Below are positions 19,858 through 28,966 of a stretch of DNA of 64,000 nucleotides, one piece after another. The notes under the pieces are model-generated. The model worked only from the letters and a program-made list of their open reading frames with translations. It was not told the origin of the DNA and ran no database searches. How positions within the stretch are numbered: the first letter of the stretch is position 1; each line of letters opens with the position of its first letter. Source of the stretch: Candidatus Limnocylindrales bacterium (lineage in GTDB: Bacteria; Chloroflexota; Limnocylindria; Limnocylindrales; CSP1-4); the NCBI GenBank assembly GCA_050008515.1, contig JBEKMM010000014.1, positions 17,566-81,565 on the forward strand, written 5' to 3'. The translations under genes and the position numbers were made by a program.

Positions 19858-20151
19858 TCAGCCGGCCGCTGGCTTGCCGGCCGCTGGCTTGCCGGCTGCG
19901 GCCTTACCGGCTGCAGCCTTGCTGGCTGCTGGCTTGCTGGCCGCCGCCTTGCTGGCAAGCAGCTTCCTCAGGGCCCTGCGGTCCCGGTCGTACTCCTTGT
20001 CGAGACGATCCCACGAGGCCACGGCCTCTTTCGTCAGCTTGAGGGAGCCGTCAGTCTGCTTGATCCGGTCCAGGAGGCCTGCGAGGGCCTCGCGGTTCCT
20101 TTTCAGCTCGCCGGTTAGCCGCTTGTACTCGGCCAGGATCTCGGTGTCCAC
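19858..20151 (-). CDS. Small protein (97 aa): coiled-coil N-terminus and a histone-H1-like Ala/Lys/Pro-rich C-terminal tail
   Basis: GTG start preceded by GAGGAGAG. C-terminal ...LLASKAAASKPAASKAAAGKAAAGKPAAGKPAAG is encoded by 15-bp tandem repeats (19860-19957). Lies 43 nt upstream of the ABC ATPase gene on the same strand. Confidence 0.55.
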   Translation of the reverse strand: MDTEILAEYKRLTGELKRNREALAGLLDRIKQTDGSLKLTKEAVASWDRLDKEYDRDRRALRKLLASKAAASKPAASKAAAGKAAAGKPAAGKPAAG

Positions 20152-20351
20152 GCTCTCCTCGCCTTTCTTCGCCGCCTGCGCTGCGATGCCCGCGCTGTCA
20201 CGCTCACTCTAGCGGGACTCGGCGCCCGCCGCAGCCGCTCGAGCTGGCAGGTGTGCGCCGGGCCGGCGTTCCGTACAGGAGGTCGCGTAGTTGGCAGCGG
20301 CCGGCCGGCGGCATAGTCTGAACGGCACAAAACCGCACCAGGGGGTTCCCC

Positions 20352-21230
20352 ATGCCTTACGGTCTAGGCCGCGTTCCTTCTCCGGTCGACCAGCGTGACC
20401 GCAGCCTGGCGATGGCCGCGCCGGCGGTGGCGGCGGCGCCTCCGCCACCTTCGTACGCGCCGCGCTACCTCTGGACGGTCCTGGACCAGGACGGGCTGCC
20501 GGCGTGCGTCGGCTACTCCGGGGCCCTCGGACGCCAGATCGAGAGCATGCTCGAGGCATCGGAGGCGCTCAGCTTCGACCCCGACGATCTGTACAAGCTG
20601 TGCAAGCAGCAGGACGGCTCTCCGAACAGCGACGGCACCTTCATCCGCATAGCCTGCAAGGTGCTGCAGTCGCAGGGAGGCCTGGTCAAGGCCATCCTGT
20701 CGGGGCTGACTCCGGAGCAGGCTCGGGCCGTCGCTCAGGCCCAGGCGCTGGCGCAGCCGGCCGCCGGGCCGCATGGCTTGAGCCTGCCGACTCCGGGCGA
20801 GATCCTCAACGCGATCATGTCGCTGATCGCCTGGATCGAGGGCCCGCACCAGCGTCCGGCTCCAGTCAACCCGCAGGTCCCGACGCTGCCCGTCCACGTT
20901 GGCGACCGCATCAAGATCGCCTCGTACGCCCGCCTGCGGACTATGACCGAGGTCAAGCAGGCCATCGCCGCGTACGGCGATGCCTGGATCGGCAGCCCCT
21001 GGTGCGACGCCTGGTTCACGCCCGGTGCCGATGGCGTGATGCCGGTGCCGGGCCACATGTCCGGCGGCCACGCCTACAAGTTCGTCGGCTACGACGACTC
21101 CAAGGGCGCCTTCCTGATGCAGAACTCCTGGGGCTCGGGCTGGGGAATGCTCGGCCACGCCTGGATGCCGTACCGGTACGTTTCGCTCGGCGACCTGCTC
21201 GAATGGGAGGCCTGGCAGACGTTCTCCTGA
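20352..21230 (+). CDS. Papain-like (C1 family) cysteine peptidase, no signal peptide
   Basis: Catalytic-triad context: Q...C in DQDGLPACVGYSGA, His in SGGHAYKFVGYDD, Asn/Trp in NSWGSGWG (compare papain NSWGxxWG). 292 aa. RBS AGGGGG. Confidence 0.7.
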   Translation: MPYGLGRVPSPVDQRDRSLAMAAPAVAAAPPPPSYAPRYLWTVLDQDGLPACVGYSGALGRQIESMLEASEALSFDPDDLYKLCKQQDGSPNSDGTFIRIACKVLQSQGGLVKAILSGLTPEQARAVAQAQALAQPAAGPHGLSLPTPGEILNAIMSLIAWIEGPHQRPAPVNPQVPTLPVHVGDRIKIASYARLRTMTEVKQAIAAYGDAWIGSPWCDAWFTPGADGVMPVPGHMSGGHAYKFVGYDDSKGAFLMQNSWGSGWGMLGHAWMPYRYVSLGDLLEWEAWQTFS

Positions 21231-21413
21231 TACGCCGGCAGAAGGCGGGCGCACTACACGATGAATGGGCGCGATGCGCTCGGGTCCCCATGCACGGATG
21301 TACCGTTGCAGTCTTCGTGGCGACGCACGATGATGCCCGGGCCGAGGCCAGTTTCCGTCTGGGCTGATCGACTGGCGCGGCCTCTGCGGATGGTCAACGC
21401 GGGGTGACTCGCG

Positions 21414-23783
21414 ATGAGCAACCCACGATGGCGATCTCCTTCGCCGGACGGCGGCGCGCACGGGGCTGTGCCCGACGGTCTGGGACCGTGGGCAAGAACG
21501 AGCCGCGCATCCCGCGCCGGCGGTCCCCGCAAAGGCGGGCGGGCGGTCGACGCCGCCGTTGACGATGGCGAGATCCAGCGCCTCCTCTTTGAGCACATCT
21601 CCGACGCAGTCTTCGTGACCGATGCTGCCAATCGGATCACTCACTGGACCGTGTCCGCCGAGCGCCTGTTCGGCTACTCGGCCACCGAGGCGGTCGGCCG
21701 CCTCTTCGGCGAGCTGCTGCCCTTCCGGATGGCGCAACCCGACGACGAGCGCGAGTTCTCCGCCGCGCTGGAGGCCGGACGAACGTGGCGCGGAACGGGC
21801 ACCGTTCGGCTTCGCGACGGCCGCGAGATCAGGCTCGGCTCGACGGTTGAGCCGATCATCACTGACGGCCGGCTCACCGGCAGCGTCTCGGTGGGCCGCG
21901 ACATCACTGCCGCCATGGAGGCGCGGCGGAGGCTGGTCGGCGAGGAACGGTTCGTCGAAGCGATTCTGGGGGCCGCCGAAGTTCTCGTGCTTGTCGTCGA
22001 CGCGCTAGGTCAGGTGGTGCGCTTCAACGCTGCCTGCGAGCGCTTGAGCGGGTACCGCGCCGCGGAGGTCGTCGGGCGCCTGGTCTGGGACGTGCTGATG
22101 CCGTCGGTCGAGGTCGAGACCGTGCGAGCCGGATTTGCCGATCTCCAGGCGGGGGCATTCCCCAACTCGTTCGAGAACCACTGGCTAACGAGCACGGGTG
22201 CATTGCGCCTCATTCGCTGGGAGAATGCGTGTCTCACCGACGACCAGGGCGCCGTCACCCACGTGATCGCGACCGGGATCGACATCACCAAGGCCCGCCG
22301 GGGGGACGAAGCCCTGTACGGGATCGAGGCCGTAGGGCACCTCCTCACGCAGCAGGGGCCGACACCCTCGGCGCTCGACGCGGTGCTGAGCGAGCTGGAG
22401 ACGCGGATGGGCTACCGCTTCCTGTCGCTGTACCTGGCCGACGGATCCGGCCTGCGCCTGGGAGCACAGCGCGGGTACCGGGCCGTGCCGGAGCGCCTGG
22501 ACGCCAGCAGGGGCGTCATCGGCCGCGTGTACCGAACCGGCCTTGCGGAACTCGTGCGCGACGTCCGCAGCGACCCCGACTACGTGTCCGGGGAGGATGG
22601 AATCGTGACCGAGATCGCCGCCCCGCTGCTCGGCGACGGCGCGACGCTCGGCGTCCTCAACATCGAGGCTCTGCAGCCCGAGGCCATGACGCCGGACGAC
22701 CTGCGCCTTGCGCGGGCCATCGCGGACCGCCTCTCCAGTGCCCTGCGAGCCAACCAGGCTCAGGACGCCTTGCGCGATCGGATGCGATTGTTCGCTGCTC
22801 TCGCCGAATTCGCGGCCGCCGTGAACGCCATCGGAGAACCCAAGCGCCTGGCGGCGGCGCTGGTCGACGCCGTGGGCGCTGTCGTCCCCTCGGACTCGGT
22901 GCTGATCACCATGCTGGATCGCAGCGATGGGCAGTACCGCGTCAGCGCGGTTCGCGGGTTCGACCCGGGCGCCGTCGGCGCGATCATCCAACCGGGCGAG
23001 GGGACTGCGGGTCGCACCATCAGCATGCGCGCCATGGTCCTCACGGAGCCCCATCGGCGCAGCCAGTCCAACGCGGCGTTGCGGGACTACATGCACTACG
23101 AATCGGTCCGGACGGTGGGGGTGCCACTCATCCACGAGGACTCGGTGCTGGGTGTGATCTCCGTGGCCCGGGCCCACACTGACGCGACGTTCACGCAGGC
23201 CGAGCTCGAGGTGTTCGCCCTGCTTGGCTCGCACGCGGCGCTCGCGCTCGCCAACGCCTACCTCATGGAACAGGTGTCGGCACTCGCGATCCACGATGCG
23301 CTTACCGGCCTCTACAACCGCCGCCACTTCGACGCCGCGCTCGACCTCGCCATCGCCCGCTTCAAGCGCCACGCACCGGCCGGGAACCTGGCCGCGATCA
23401 TGTTCGATCTCGACCACTTCGGCGACTTCAATAACCGCCACGGGCACCTGGCCGGCGATGCCTTGCTGCGCGTGTTCGGTGAGATCCTGCGGGCGCGCCT
23501 GCGCTCTTCTGACCTCGTCGCCCGATACGGTGGCGAGGAGTTCGTCGCGATTCTCGAGGACTGCGGCCTCGCCGAGGCCACGCGCCGGGCCGACGAAGTC
23601 CGCCGGGATCTCGAGGCTCGCTCGGTGCCCGGGGCTGACGGACGACCCCTGCGCGCCACCGTGAGCGCCGGGTGTGCCATTGTCTATGCCGCGGAGCCCA
23701 CGAAGGAGGCGCTGCTCGGACGAGCCGACGCCGCGCTGTACATGGCCAAGCAGTCCGGTCGCAACCGGGTGGTCGCGGTGTAA
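21414..23783 (+). CDS. Sensor diguanylate cyclase (two PAS, GAF, GGDEF)
   Basis: GGDEF active site RYGGEEFVAIL. PAS-like LFEHISDAVFVTDAANRITHW and FNAACERLSGYRAAEVVGR. GAF segments. Confidence 0.85.
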   Translation: MSNPRWRSPSPDGGAHGAVPDGLGPWARTSRASRAGGPRKGGRAVDAAVDDGEIQRLLFEHISDAVFVTDAANRITHWTVSAERLFGYSATEAVGRLFGELLPFRMAQPDDEREFSAALEAGRTWRGTGTVRLRDGREIRLGSTVEPIITDGRLTGSVSVGRDITAAMEARRRLVGEERFVEAILGAAEVLVLVVDALGQVVRFNAACERLSGYRAAEVVGRLVWDVLMPSVEVETVRAGFADLQAGAFPNSFENHWLTSTGALRLIRWENACLTDDQGAVTHVIATGIDITKARRGDEALYGIEAVGHLLTQQGPTPSALDAVLSELETRMGYRFLSLYLADGSGLRLGAQRGYRAVPERLDASRGVIGRVYRTGLAELVRDVRSDPDYVSGEDGIVTEIAAPLLGDGATLGVLNIEALQPEAMTPDDLRLARAIADRLSSALRANQAQDALRDRMRLFAALAEFAAAVNAIGEPKRLAAALVDAVGAVVPSDSVLITMLDRSDGQYRVSAVRGFDPGAVGAIIQPGEGTAGRTISMRAMVLTEPHRRSQSNAALRDYMHYESVRTVGVPLIHEDSVLGVISVARAHTDATFTQAELEVFALLGSHAALALANAYLMEQVSALAIHDALTGLYNRRHFDAALDLAIARFKRHAPAGNLAAIMFDLDHFGDFNNRHGHLAGDALLRVFGEILRARLRSSDLVARYGGEEFVAILEDCGLAEATRRADEVRRDLEARSVPGADGRPLRATVSAGCAIVYAAEPTKEALLGRADAALYMAKQSGRNRVVAV

Positions 23784-23836
23784 GGCGCCTCGAAGACGCA
23801 CGCGCTGGCGGCGATGGCCTGATCGCCGGCGAGTTG

Positions 23837-24691
23837 TCAGCCCCTGACGGCAGTCAGCATCGCGACGCTCAGGCAGATGACGACGACGCCCGCGCGCTGG
23901 CCCATCGAGAGCCGCTCGCGGAAGAGCAGGAAGGCGGCCACCGCCGAGACGGCCGCGAACTGGCTGGCGAGGACGGCCGAGATGGCGATGCTCTCGCCCG
24001 ACCCGACGACATAGGAGGCGTTGCCGAAGACCTCCGCGGCGCCGATGAGCACGACCATCGGTACCGCCGGGCGGGTGAGCTGGAGACGGCCGGTCAGGGC
24101 CATGGGGATGAATACGCCCACGACGCCGACGACACGGGCCGGCAGGACGGCCATCAGGGGCGGCATGCTCTTGCCGAGCTGCGCGGTGCTGTAGATGGTC
24201 ACGCCGAAGACGAGCGCGGCCAGGATCCCGTAGACGATCGCCCGCCGCTCGTCGCCGGGCACGACCGGTTCGGTCGCGTCGCCGGTCGCCAGGGCCACCG
24301 TCGCGATGCCGACGACGATGACGCACAGCGTCGCCGCGACCGGGATCGTGAGACTCTCGCCGGCGACGACGGCCACCATCGCCGCGATCGCCCCTTCCGT
24401 CGACGCGAGCGCCGTCACCACGCCGACCTTGCCGATCCGCAGGCCCCGATACACGAGCAACAGGCCGATCACGCTGCCCACGCCGGAGCCGGTCAGCCAG
24501 ACGGCCAGCGTCGGCGTGATCGGCGGCACCGGCCCGGAGACGACCGAGAGAGGCCAGGCGATGATCAGCCCGACGAGCATCATCCAGGCCACGGTCGAGG
24601 TGGCGCCGATGAGGCGGCCGCAGCGGGACGAAGTCAGGCTGGCGGTCGCCCACATGACAGCGGCTCCAAGTCCGCCGAGGATCGCGATCAT
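23837..24691 (-). CDS. EamA/DMT-family transporter
   Basis: 284 aa with 10 predicted TM segments and a duplicated EamA-like organisation. Confidence 0.75.
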   Translation of the reverse strand: MIAILGGLGAAVMWATASLTSSRCGRLIGATSTVAWMMLVGLIIAWPLSVVSGPVPPITPTLAVWLTGSGVGSVIGLLLVYRGLRIGKVGVVTALASTEGAIAAMVAVVAGESLTIPVAATLCVIVVGIATVALATGDATEPVVPGDERRAIVYGILAALVFGVTIYSTAQLGKSMPPLMAVLPARVVGVVGVFIPMALTGRLQLTRPAVPMVVLIGAAEVFGNASYVVGSGESIAISAVLASQFAAVSAVAAFLLFRERLSMGQRAGVVVICLSVAMLTAVRG

Positions 24692-24764
24692 GCCTCAAGT
24701 CTGAGGCACATCGTCCTGCGGCGCCGGATGCGGACGGTCGGCCCGCCCTCCGGGAGCCGTCCGG

Positions 24765-26216
24765 TCAGGATCGGGGCCGGCGAGTCTGCAGCGCTGCCGA
24801 CGCCAGATGGCGGACGCTCCGGTGCAGGGCGATCGTCTCCGTGTCGCGCGCAGCTGCGGGCAGCTCGGTCCCGCCCGCGGTTCCCCATCGAGCCGCCACG
24901 TCCGCGGGGGCTTCGTGGCGCAGCACCGCCGCGGCCTGAACGGCGGCGCCCAGGCTCACGACCTCCCGGACGTGGGGGACGGTGATCGGCCGCCCGGAGA
25001 GTCGCTGGGCGACGCTCTGCCAGGTGGCGCCGTTCGCGCCGCCGCCGACCAGCATGAGCGGCGCGTCCGGGTCTACGCCCGACGAGCAGGCGTCGATGGC
25101 CTCGAGCGCATCGAGCAGCCCGACGATCGCGCCTTCGTAGGCGGCCATCAGGATGGCTCGTGGATCCGTCGTGTGGCGAAGGCCGAAAACCGCGGCCGCG
25201 GCGTCGGGCAGGTTCGGGGTGCGCTCACCGTCGAAGTAGGGGAGCATCACCACCCCGGCGCTGGGCACGACGCCCTCGCGGTCGAGGTTCAGCCAGGCCG
25301 CGACGCGGTCGACGGCGAGGGTGCAGTTCAACGTGCAGGCAAGCGGCAGGAAGCGGCCGGTGGCGTCGGCGAAGCCGGCAACATCGCCCGTGGGATCCGC
25401 GGCGCGAGTCGTCGAGACCATGAAGACGGTCCCGGACGTACCGAGGCTCAGCACCGGAACGCCGGGCCGGAGTCCGAGCCCGAGAGCCGCGCCCATGTTG
25501 TCGCCGGTGCCCGGGCCCACCGCGGCCCCCGCCGGCAGGCCCGATTCGGCGGCGGCAGCGGCCGTCACGACTCCGGCTTGCTCGGTTGGGCCGAGGACCC
25601 GCGGCAGGCGATCCGCCGCCAGCCCGAGCGCCGGCAGGGCGAGGACTTCGGGGCTGTACCCCTCGGTCTCGCTCGACCACCACGCCGTCCCGGAGGCGTC
25701 GCCGCGATCGGTGACGCCCTCGCCGCAGAGTCGCTCGGTCAGGAAGTCATGGGGCAGGCGAATCGCCGCCGTCCGCGCGGCGACCTCGGGCTCCCGCCGG
25801 CGGAGCCAGGCCCACTTCGAGGCGGTGAACGAAGCCACCGGAACGACGCCGATCCTGGCTGCCCAACGCGTGGCGCCGCCGAAGTCGTCCACCAGCTCGG
25901 CCGCATCCGGGGCGGCGCGCGTGTCGTTCCACAGCATCGCCGGGCGGAGCGGCTTGCCGGACTCATCGAGGCAGACCAGGCCGTGCTGCTGACCGGCCAC
26001 CGAGATGGCCGCCACCTGGCCTGCCAGGTTCGTCTGGCGCAGGGCGGAGAGCAGGGCCTGCCACCATACTTCGGGGTCCGTCTCGCGCACGCCCTCGCTG
26101 CCCTCGATCGAATGCTCGGCCCGCCCGAACCCGACCGTCTCGCCCGTTTCGGCGTCGACCACAGCGACCTTCGTTGCCTGCGTGGAGCAGTCGACGCCCG
26201 CCACCAGAGTCCTCAT
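24765..26216 (-). CDS. xylB: Xylulokinase (FGGY carbohydrate kinase)
   Basis: Trimmed from ORF 24765..26960 to MRTLVAGVDCSTQATKVAVVDAETGE (AGGAGA RBS). FGGY motifs throughout. Divergent from the ROK regulator and xylA. Confidence 0.85.
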   Translation of the reverse strand: MRTLVAGVDCSTQATKVAVVDAETGETVGFGRAEHSIEGSEGVRETDPEVWWQALLSALRQTNLAGQVAAISVAGQQHGLVCLDESGKPLRPAMLWNDTRAAPDAAELVDDFGGATRWAARIGVVPVASFTASKWAWLRRREPEVAARTAAIRLPHDFLTERLCGEGVTDRGDASGTAWWSSETEGYSPEVLALPALGLAADRLPRVLGPTEQAGVVTAAAAAESGLPAGAAVGPGTGDNMGAALGLGLRPGVPVLSLGTSGTVFMVSTTRAADPTGDVAGFADATGRFLPLACTLNCTLAVDRVAAWLNLDREGVVPSAGVVMLPYFDGERTPNLPDAAAAVFGLRHTTDPRAILMAAYEGAIVGLLDALEAIDACSSGVDPDAPLMLVGGGANGATWQSVAQRLSGRPITVPHVREVVSLGAAVQAAAVLRHEAPADVAARWGTAGGTELPAAARDTETIALHRSVRHLASAALQTRRPRS

Positions 26217-26262
26217 TGGCGTCTCCTCGTAACCTCCGACATGTGGGTGGACTGGGTGGACC

Positions 26263-27603
26263 TTGACACCGATCCGGGTTTGTAGGAGCCTATCACAAGC
26301 AATTTGTACGGAGGAAGCACAAATCACGCTGCCGCCGTTTCGGCCGCCGTCTTTGCCGCCTTCTCCGTTGACATCTTCGCAATCCCGGGCAGGGCAGCGC
26401 AGCGAGACGATCCACCGATCCAACCTCGCTGCCATTGCGTGTGAGATCCACCGCAACGGGGCTCTCTCACGCTCCGAGCTGGTCGCGCGCACGGGCCTGA
26501 CGCGAGGAGCGATCCGGGTGCTCATCGGCGAGCTAACCGAGCTGGGCCTGGTGTCGGAGGAGTCGGCTGCCGCTCTGGGCACACCGGGCCGACCCTCCTC
26601 GCTGGTCGAGCCGCGGAAGTCGGGCGCCGTCGTGCTCGCGATCGACATCGCCGTCGATTCGATGGCCGGGGCGATCGTCGGCTTTGGCGGCGAGATCCTC
26701 GACACGGTCCGAGTGGATCGGCCGCGCGGACGAATCTCGGCCGACCAGACGGTCGCCGATTCGGTCGAGATCGCCCAGATGCTTCTGGATCGGACCGGCT
26801 TGCGGCAGGCGCTCGTCGGCATCGGCGTCGGCGTCGCTGGGATCGTCCGGCGCAGCGACGGCCTTGTCCATATCGCTCCGAACCTCCAGTGGCGCGATGT
26901 GCCGCTGGGCGGGCGGCTCGCCAGGGCGCTCAACGCGGCGGTGCCGTTGGTCGTTGCCAACGATGCGGACCTCGGGGCCCTGGCCGAGCATCAGAGAGGC
27001 GCGGCAGTACATGCGGACAACGTCATCTATCTCTCGGGCGAGGTTGGCGTCGGCGGCGGCGTGATCGTCGACGGCCGGCGGCTCGCCGGGGCTGCGGGCT
27101 ATGCCGGCGAAGTGGGCCACATACCGGTCAACCCGGATGGCGTGGCCTGCCGCTGCGGCTCGTACGGTTGCCTGGAGACGGAGATCGGCGAGGGCGCACT
27201 GCTCAGGCGAGCCGGCCACGCGGCGGGCGGCGGCCGGTCCGCGGTCGACCGGGTGATGGCGGAGGCGGCCGAGGGAGCACCGGCAGCCCTGAACGCCCTC
27301 GAGATCACCGGCCGCTGGTTGGGCGTCGGCCTCGTCGCTCTCACCAATATCTTCGACCCCGAGGTGATCGTCCTCGGCGGTCTGTTCGGGCGACTTCATC
27401 CGTTCGTGGCGGCGTCGGTCGAGGCCGAGCTCGACAGGCGTGCGCTGCGGGCTTCTCGCGAGCTCGTCCGGGTCGTTCCGTCGAAGCTAGGCGTCGGTGC
27501 GACTCTGGTTGGGGCCGCTGAGCTGGCATTCGAGCCCTTGCTCTGCGACCCCATCTCGTGGACTCAGACCCGCGCTGCCCCACCGATCCCCCAGGCGATG
27601 TAA
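26263..27603 (+). CDS. ROK-family transcriptional regulator (XylR-like). The true start is probably 90-150 nt downstream at a TTG/GTG.
   Basis: [36 protein letters not shown] sugar-kinase fold with the zinc motif [10 protein letters not shown]. Confidence 0.8.
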   Translation: MTPIRVCRSLSQAICTEEAQITLPPFRPPSLPPSPLTSSQSRAGQRSETIHRSNLAAIACEIHRNGALSRSELVARTGLTRGAIRVLIGELTELGLVSEESAAALGTPGRPSSLVEPRKSGAVVLAIDIAVDSMAGAIVGFGGEILDTVRVDRPRGRISADQTVADSVEIAQMLLDRTGLRQALVGIGVGVAGIVRRSDGLVHIAPNLQWRDVPLGGRLARALNAAVPLVVANDADLGALAEHQRGAAVHADNVIYLSGEVGVGGGVIVDGRRLAGAAGYAGEVGHIPVNPDGVACRCGSYGCLETEIGEGALLRRAGHAAGGGRSAVDRVMAEAAEGAPAALNALEITGRWLGVGLVALTNIFDPEVIVLGGLFGRLHPFVAASVEAELDRRALRASRELVRVVPSKLGVGATLVGAAELAFEPLLCDPISWTQTRAAPPIPQAM

Positions 27604-27625
27604 ACCAATCCAGGAGACGCTACCC

Positions 27626-28822
27626 ATGACCGCCAGCGAGAAGCCTTCGACCAGCCACGACAGCGCCTTCGTGCCCAAGGCGCGAGATAAGTTCACGTTC
27701 GGCCTGTGGACGGTCGGAAACCGTGGGCGCGACCCCTTCGGCGACGCGACCCGACCGGCTCTCGATCCCGTGGAGTCGGTTCGACACCTGGGCGAGCTCG
27801 GCGCCTACGGCGTGAGCCTGCACGACGACGATCTGGTTCCGCCGGGCTCGTCCGCTCATGTTCGCGACGAGATCGTCCGCAAGTTCCGCGGCGCGCTGGA
27901 AACGAGCGGCCTCGTGGTCGGCATGGCCACGACCAACCTGTTCGGGCACCCGGTCTTCAAGGACGGCGCTTTCACCTCCAACGATCCGGCCGTTCGCCGT
28001 TACGCGATCGCCAAGGCGATGCGAGGCATCGACCTCGGGGCCGAGCTCGGGGCTCGCACCTACGTTTTCTGGGGCGGGCGCGAGGGCGCCGAGGCATTCG
28101 CGGCCAAGCCGGCCGTCGATGCCCTCGAGCGCTACCGTGAGGCCATCAACTTCCTGTGCGGCTACGTCCGCGATCAGGGCTACGACATGCGGTTCGCGAT
28201 GGAGCCCAAGCCCAACGAGCCCCGCGGGGACGCGTTCCTGCCGACGGTCGGGCACGCCCTCGGGTTCATCGCAACGCTCGACCATCCCGAGATGGTGGGC
28301 CTGAATCCCGAGGTCGCCCACGAGACGATGGCCGGCCTCTCCTTCTACCACGGCGTGGCCCAGGCGATCTGGTCCGGCAAGCTCTTCCACATCGACCTGA
28401 ACGGTCAGAAGATCGGCCGCTTCGACCAGGATCTCCGCTTCGGATCCGAGGGCATCAAGGAAGCCTTCTTCCTCGTCCAGCTGCTCGAGAAGTCGGGCTA
28501 TGACGGCCCCCGCCATTTCGACGCCCACGCGTATCGCGTCGAGGATGCGGCCGGGGTCTGGGACTTCGCCGCCGGCTGCATGCGGACCTACCTCATTCTC
28601 GCCGACAAGGCCCGCCGGTTCGATCGGGACCCCGAGATCCAGGCGGCCCTGGCCGAAGCCGGCGCGCCGGACCTGGCTCGCCCCACGGTTGCCTCGTACA
28701 CGCGAGCAAAGGCCGATGCGCTCAAGGCGGAGCCCTTCGACCTGGACGCTCTGGCCGCGCGCGGGTACAAGAACGAGCGCCTGGACCAGCTCGTCATCGA
28801 GCTCATCCTCGGCGCCCGCTGA
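27626..28822 (+). CDS. xylA: Xylose isomerase (actinobacterial short type)
   Basis: Trimmed to MTASEKPST after [21 protein letters not shown]-like [19 protein letters not shown]. Confidence 0.9.
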   Translation: MTASEKPSTSHDSAFVPKARDKFTFGLWTVGNRGRDPFGDATRPALDPVESVRHLGELGAYGVSLHDDDLVPPGSSAHVRDEIVRKFRGALETSGLVVGMATTNLFGHPVFKDGAFTSNDPAVRRYAIAKAMRGIDLGAELGARTYVFWGGREGAEAFAAKPAVDALERYREAINFLCGYVRDQGYDMRFAMEPKPNEPRGDAFLPTVGHALGFIATLDHPEMVGLNPEVAHETMAGLSFYHGVAQAIWSGKLFHIDLNGQKIGRFDQDLRFGSEGIKEAFFLVQLLEKSGYDGPRHFDAHAYRVEDAAGVWDFAAGCMRTYLILADKARRFDRDPEIQAALAEAGAPDLARPTVASYTRAKADALKAEPFDLDALAARGYKNERLDQLVIELILGAR

Positions 28823-28874
28823 GCGGCCCCGTCTCGGCGAAGCCCGGGTTAGGACTCGGGCAGCGCCCTGGCCA

Positions 28875-28893
28875 CGAGGAGGTCAGCTCCTCG
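28875..28893 (+). terminator. GC hairpin downstream of xylA (CGAGGAG-GTCAG-CTCCTCG). Possible intrinsic terminator without a U-tract.
   Basis: Perfect 7-bp stem with 5-nt loop, 50 nt after the xylA stop. Confidence 0.3.
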
Positions 28894-28966
28894 CGGCCGA
28901 ACGGCTCGAATTCAGGCCGCGCGCGCCTTTCCGGTGCCGCCGATCACGCGGCCGATTCGGTGGCGG

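Noticed and set aside
19860-19957. Tandem 15-bp repeats (and similar arrays at 31806-31850, 45453-45510, 48761-48900) considered as CRISPR or VNTR
   Set aside because: Units are 15-18 bp, contiguous and in-frame within coding regions (Ala/Lys, Ala-Thr-Pro-Arg-Pro, Pro-Thr-Val-Ala, Glu-Glu-Thr-Ala). They are low-complexity coding repeats, not CRISPR repeat-spacer arrays.
20364-21737. 457-aa ORF on the minus strand spanning the peptidase and GGDEF gene starts
   Set aside because: Antisense to two well-supported genes. Arg/Ala/Pro-rich low-complexity translation typical of GC-rich antisense frames.
24765-26960. Full 731-aa extent of the xylB ORF
   Set aside because: The upstream 250 codons are Ser/Arg/Pro-rich with no kinase homology. 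A good AGGAGA-ATG start (MRTLVAGVD) gives a canonical ~480-aa xylulokinase.
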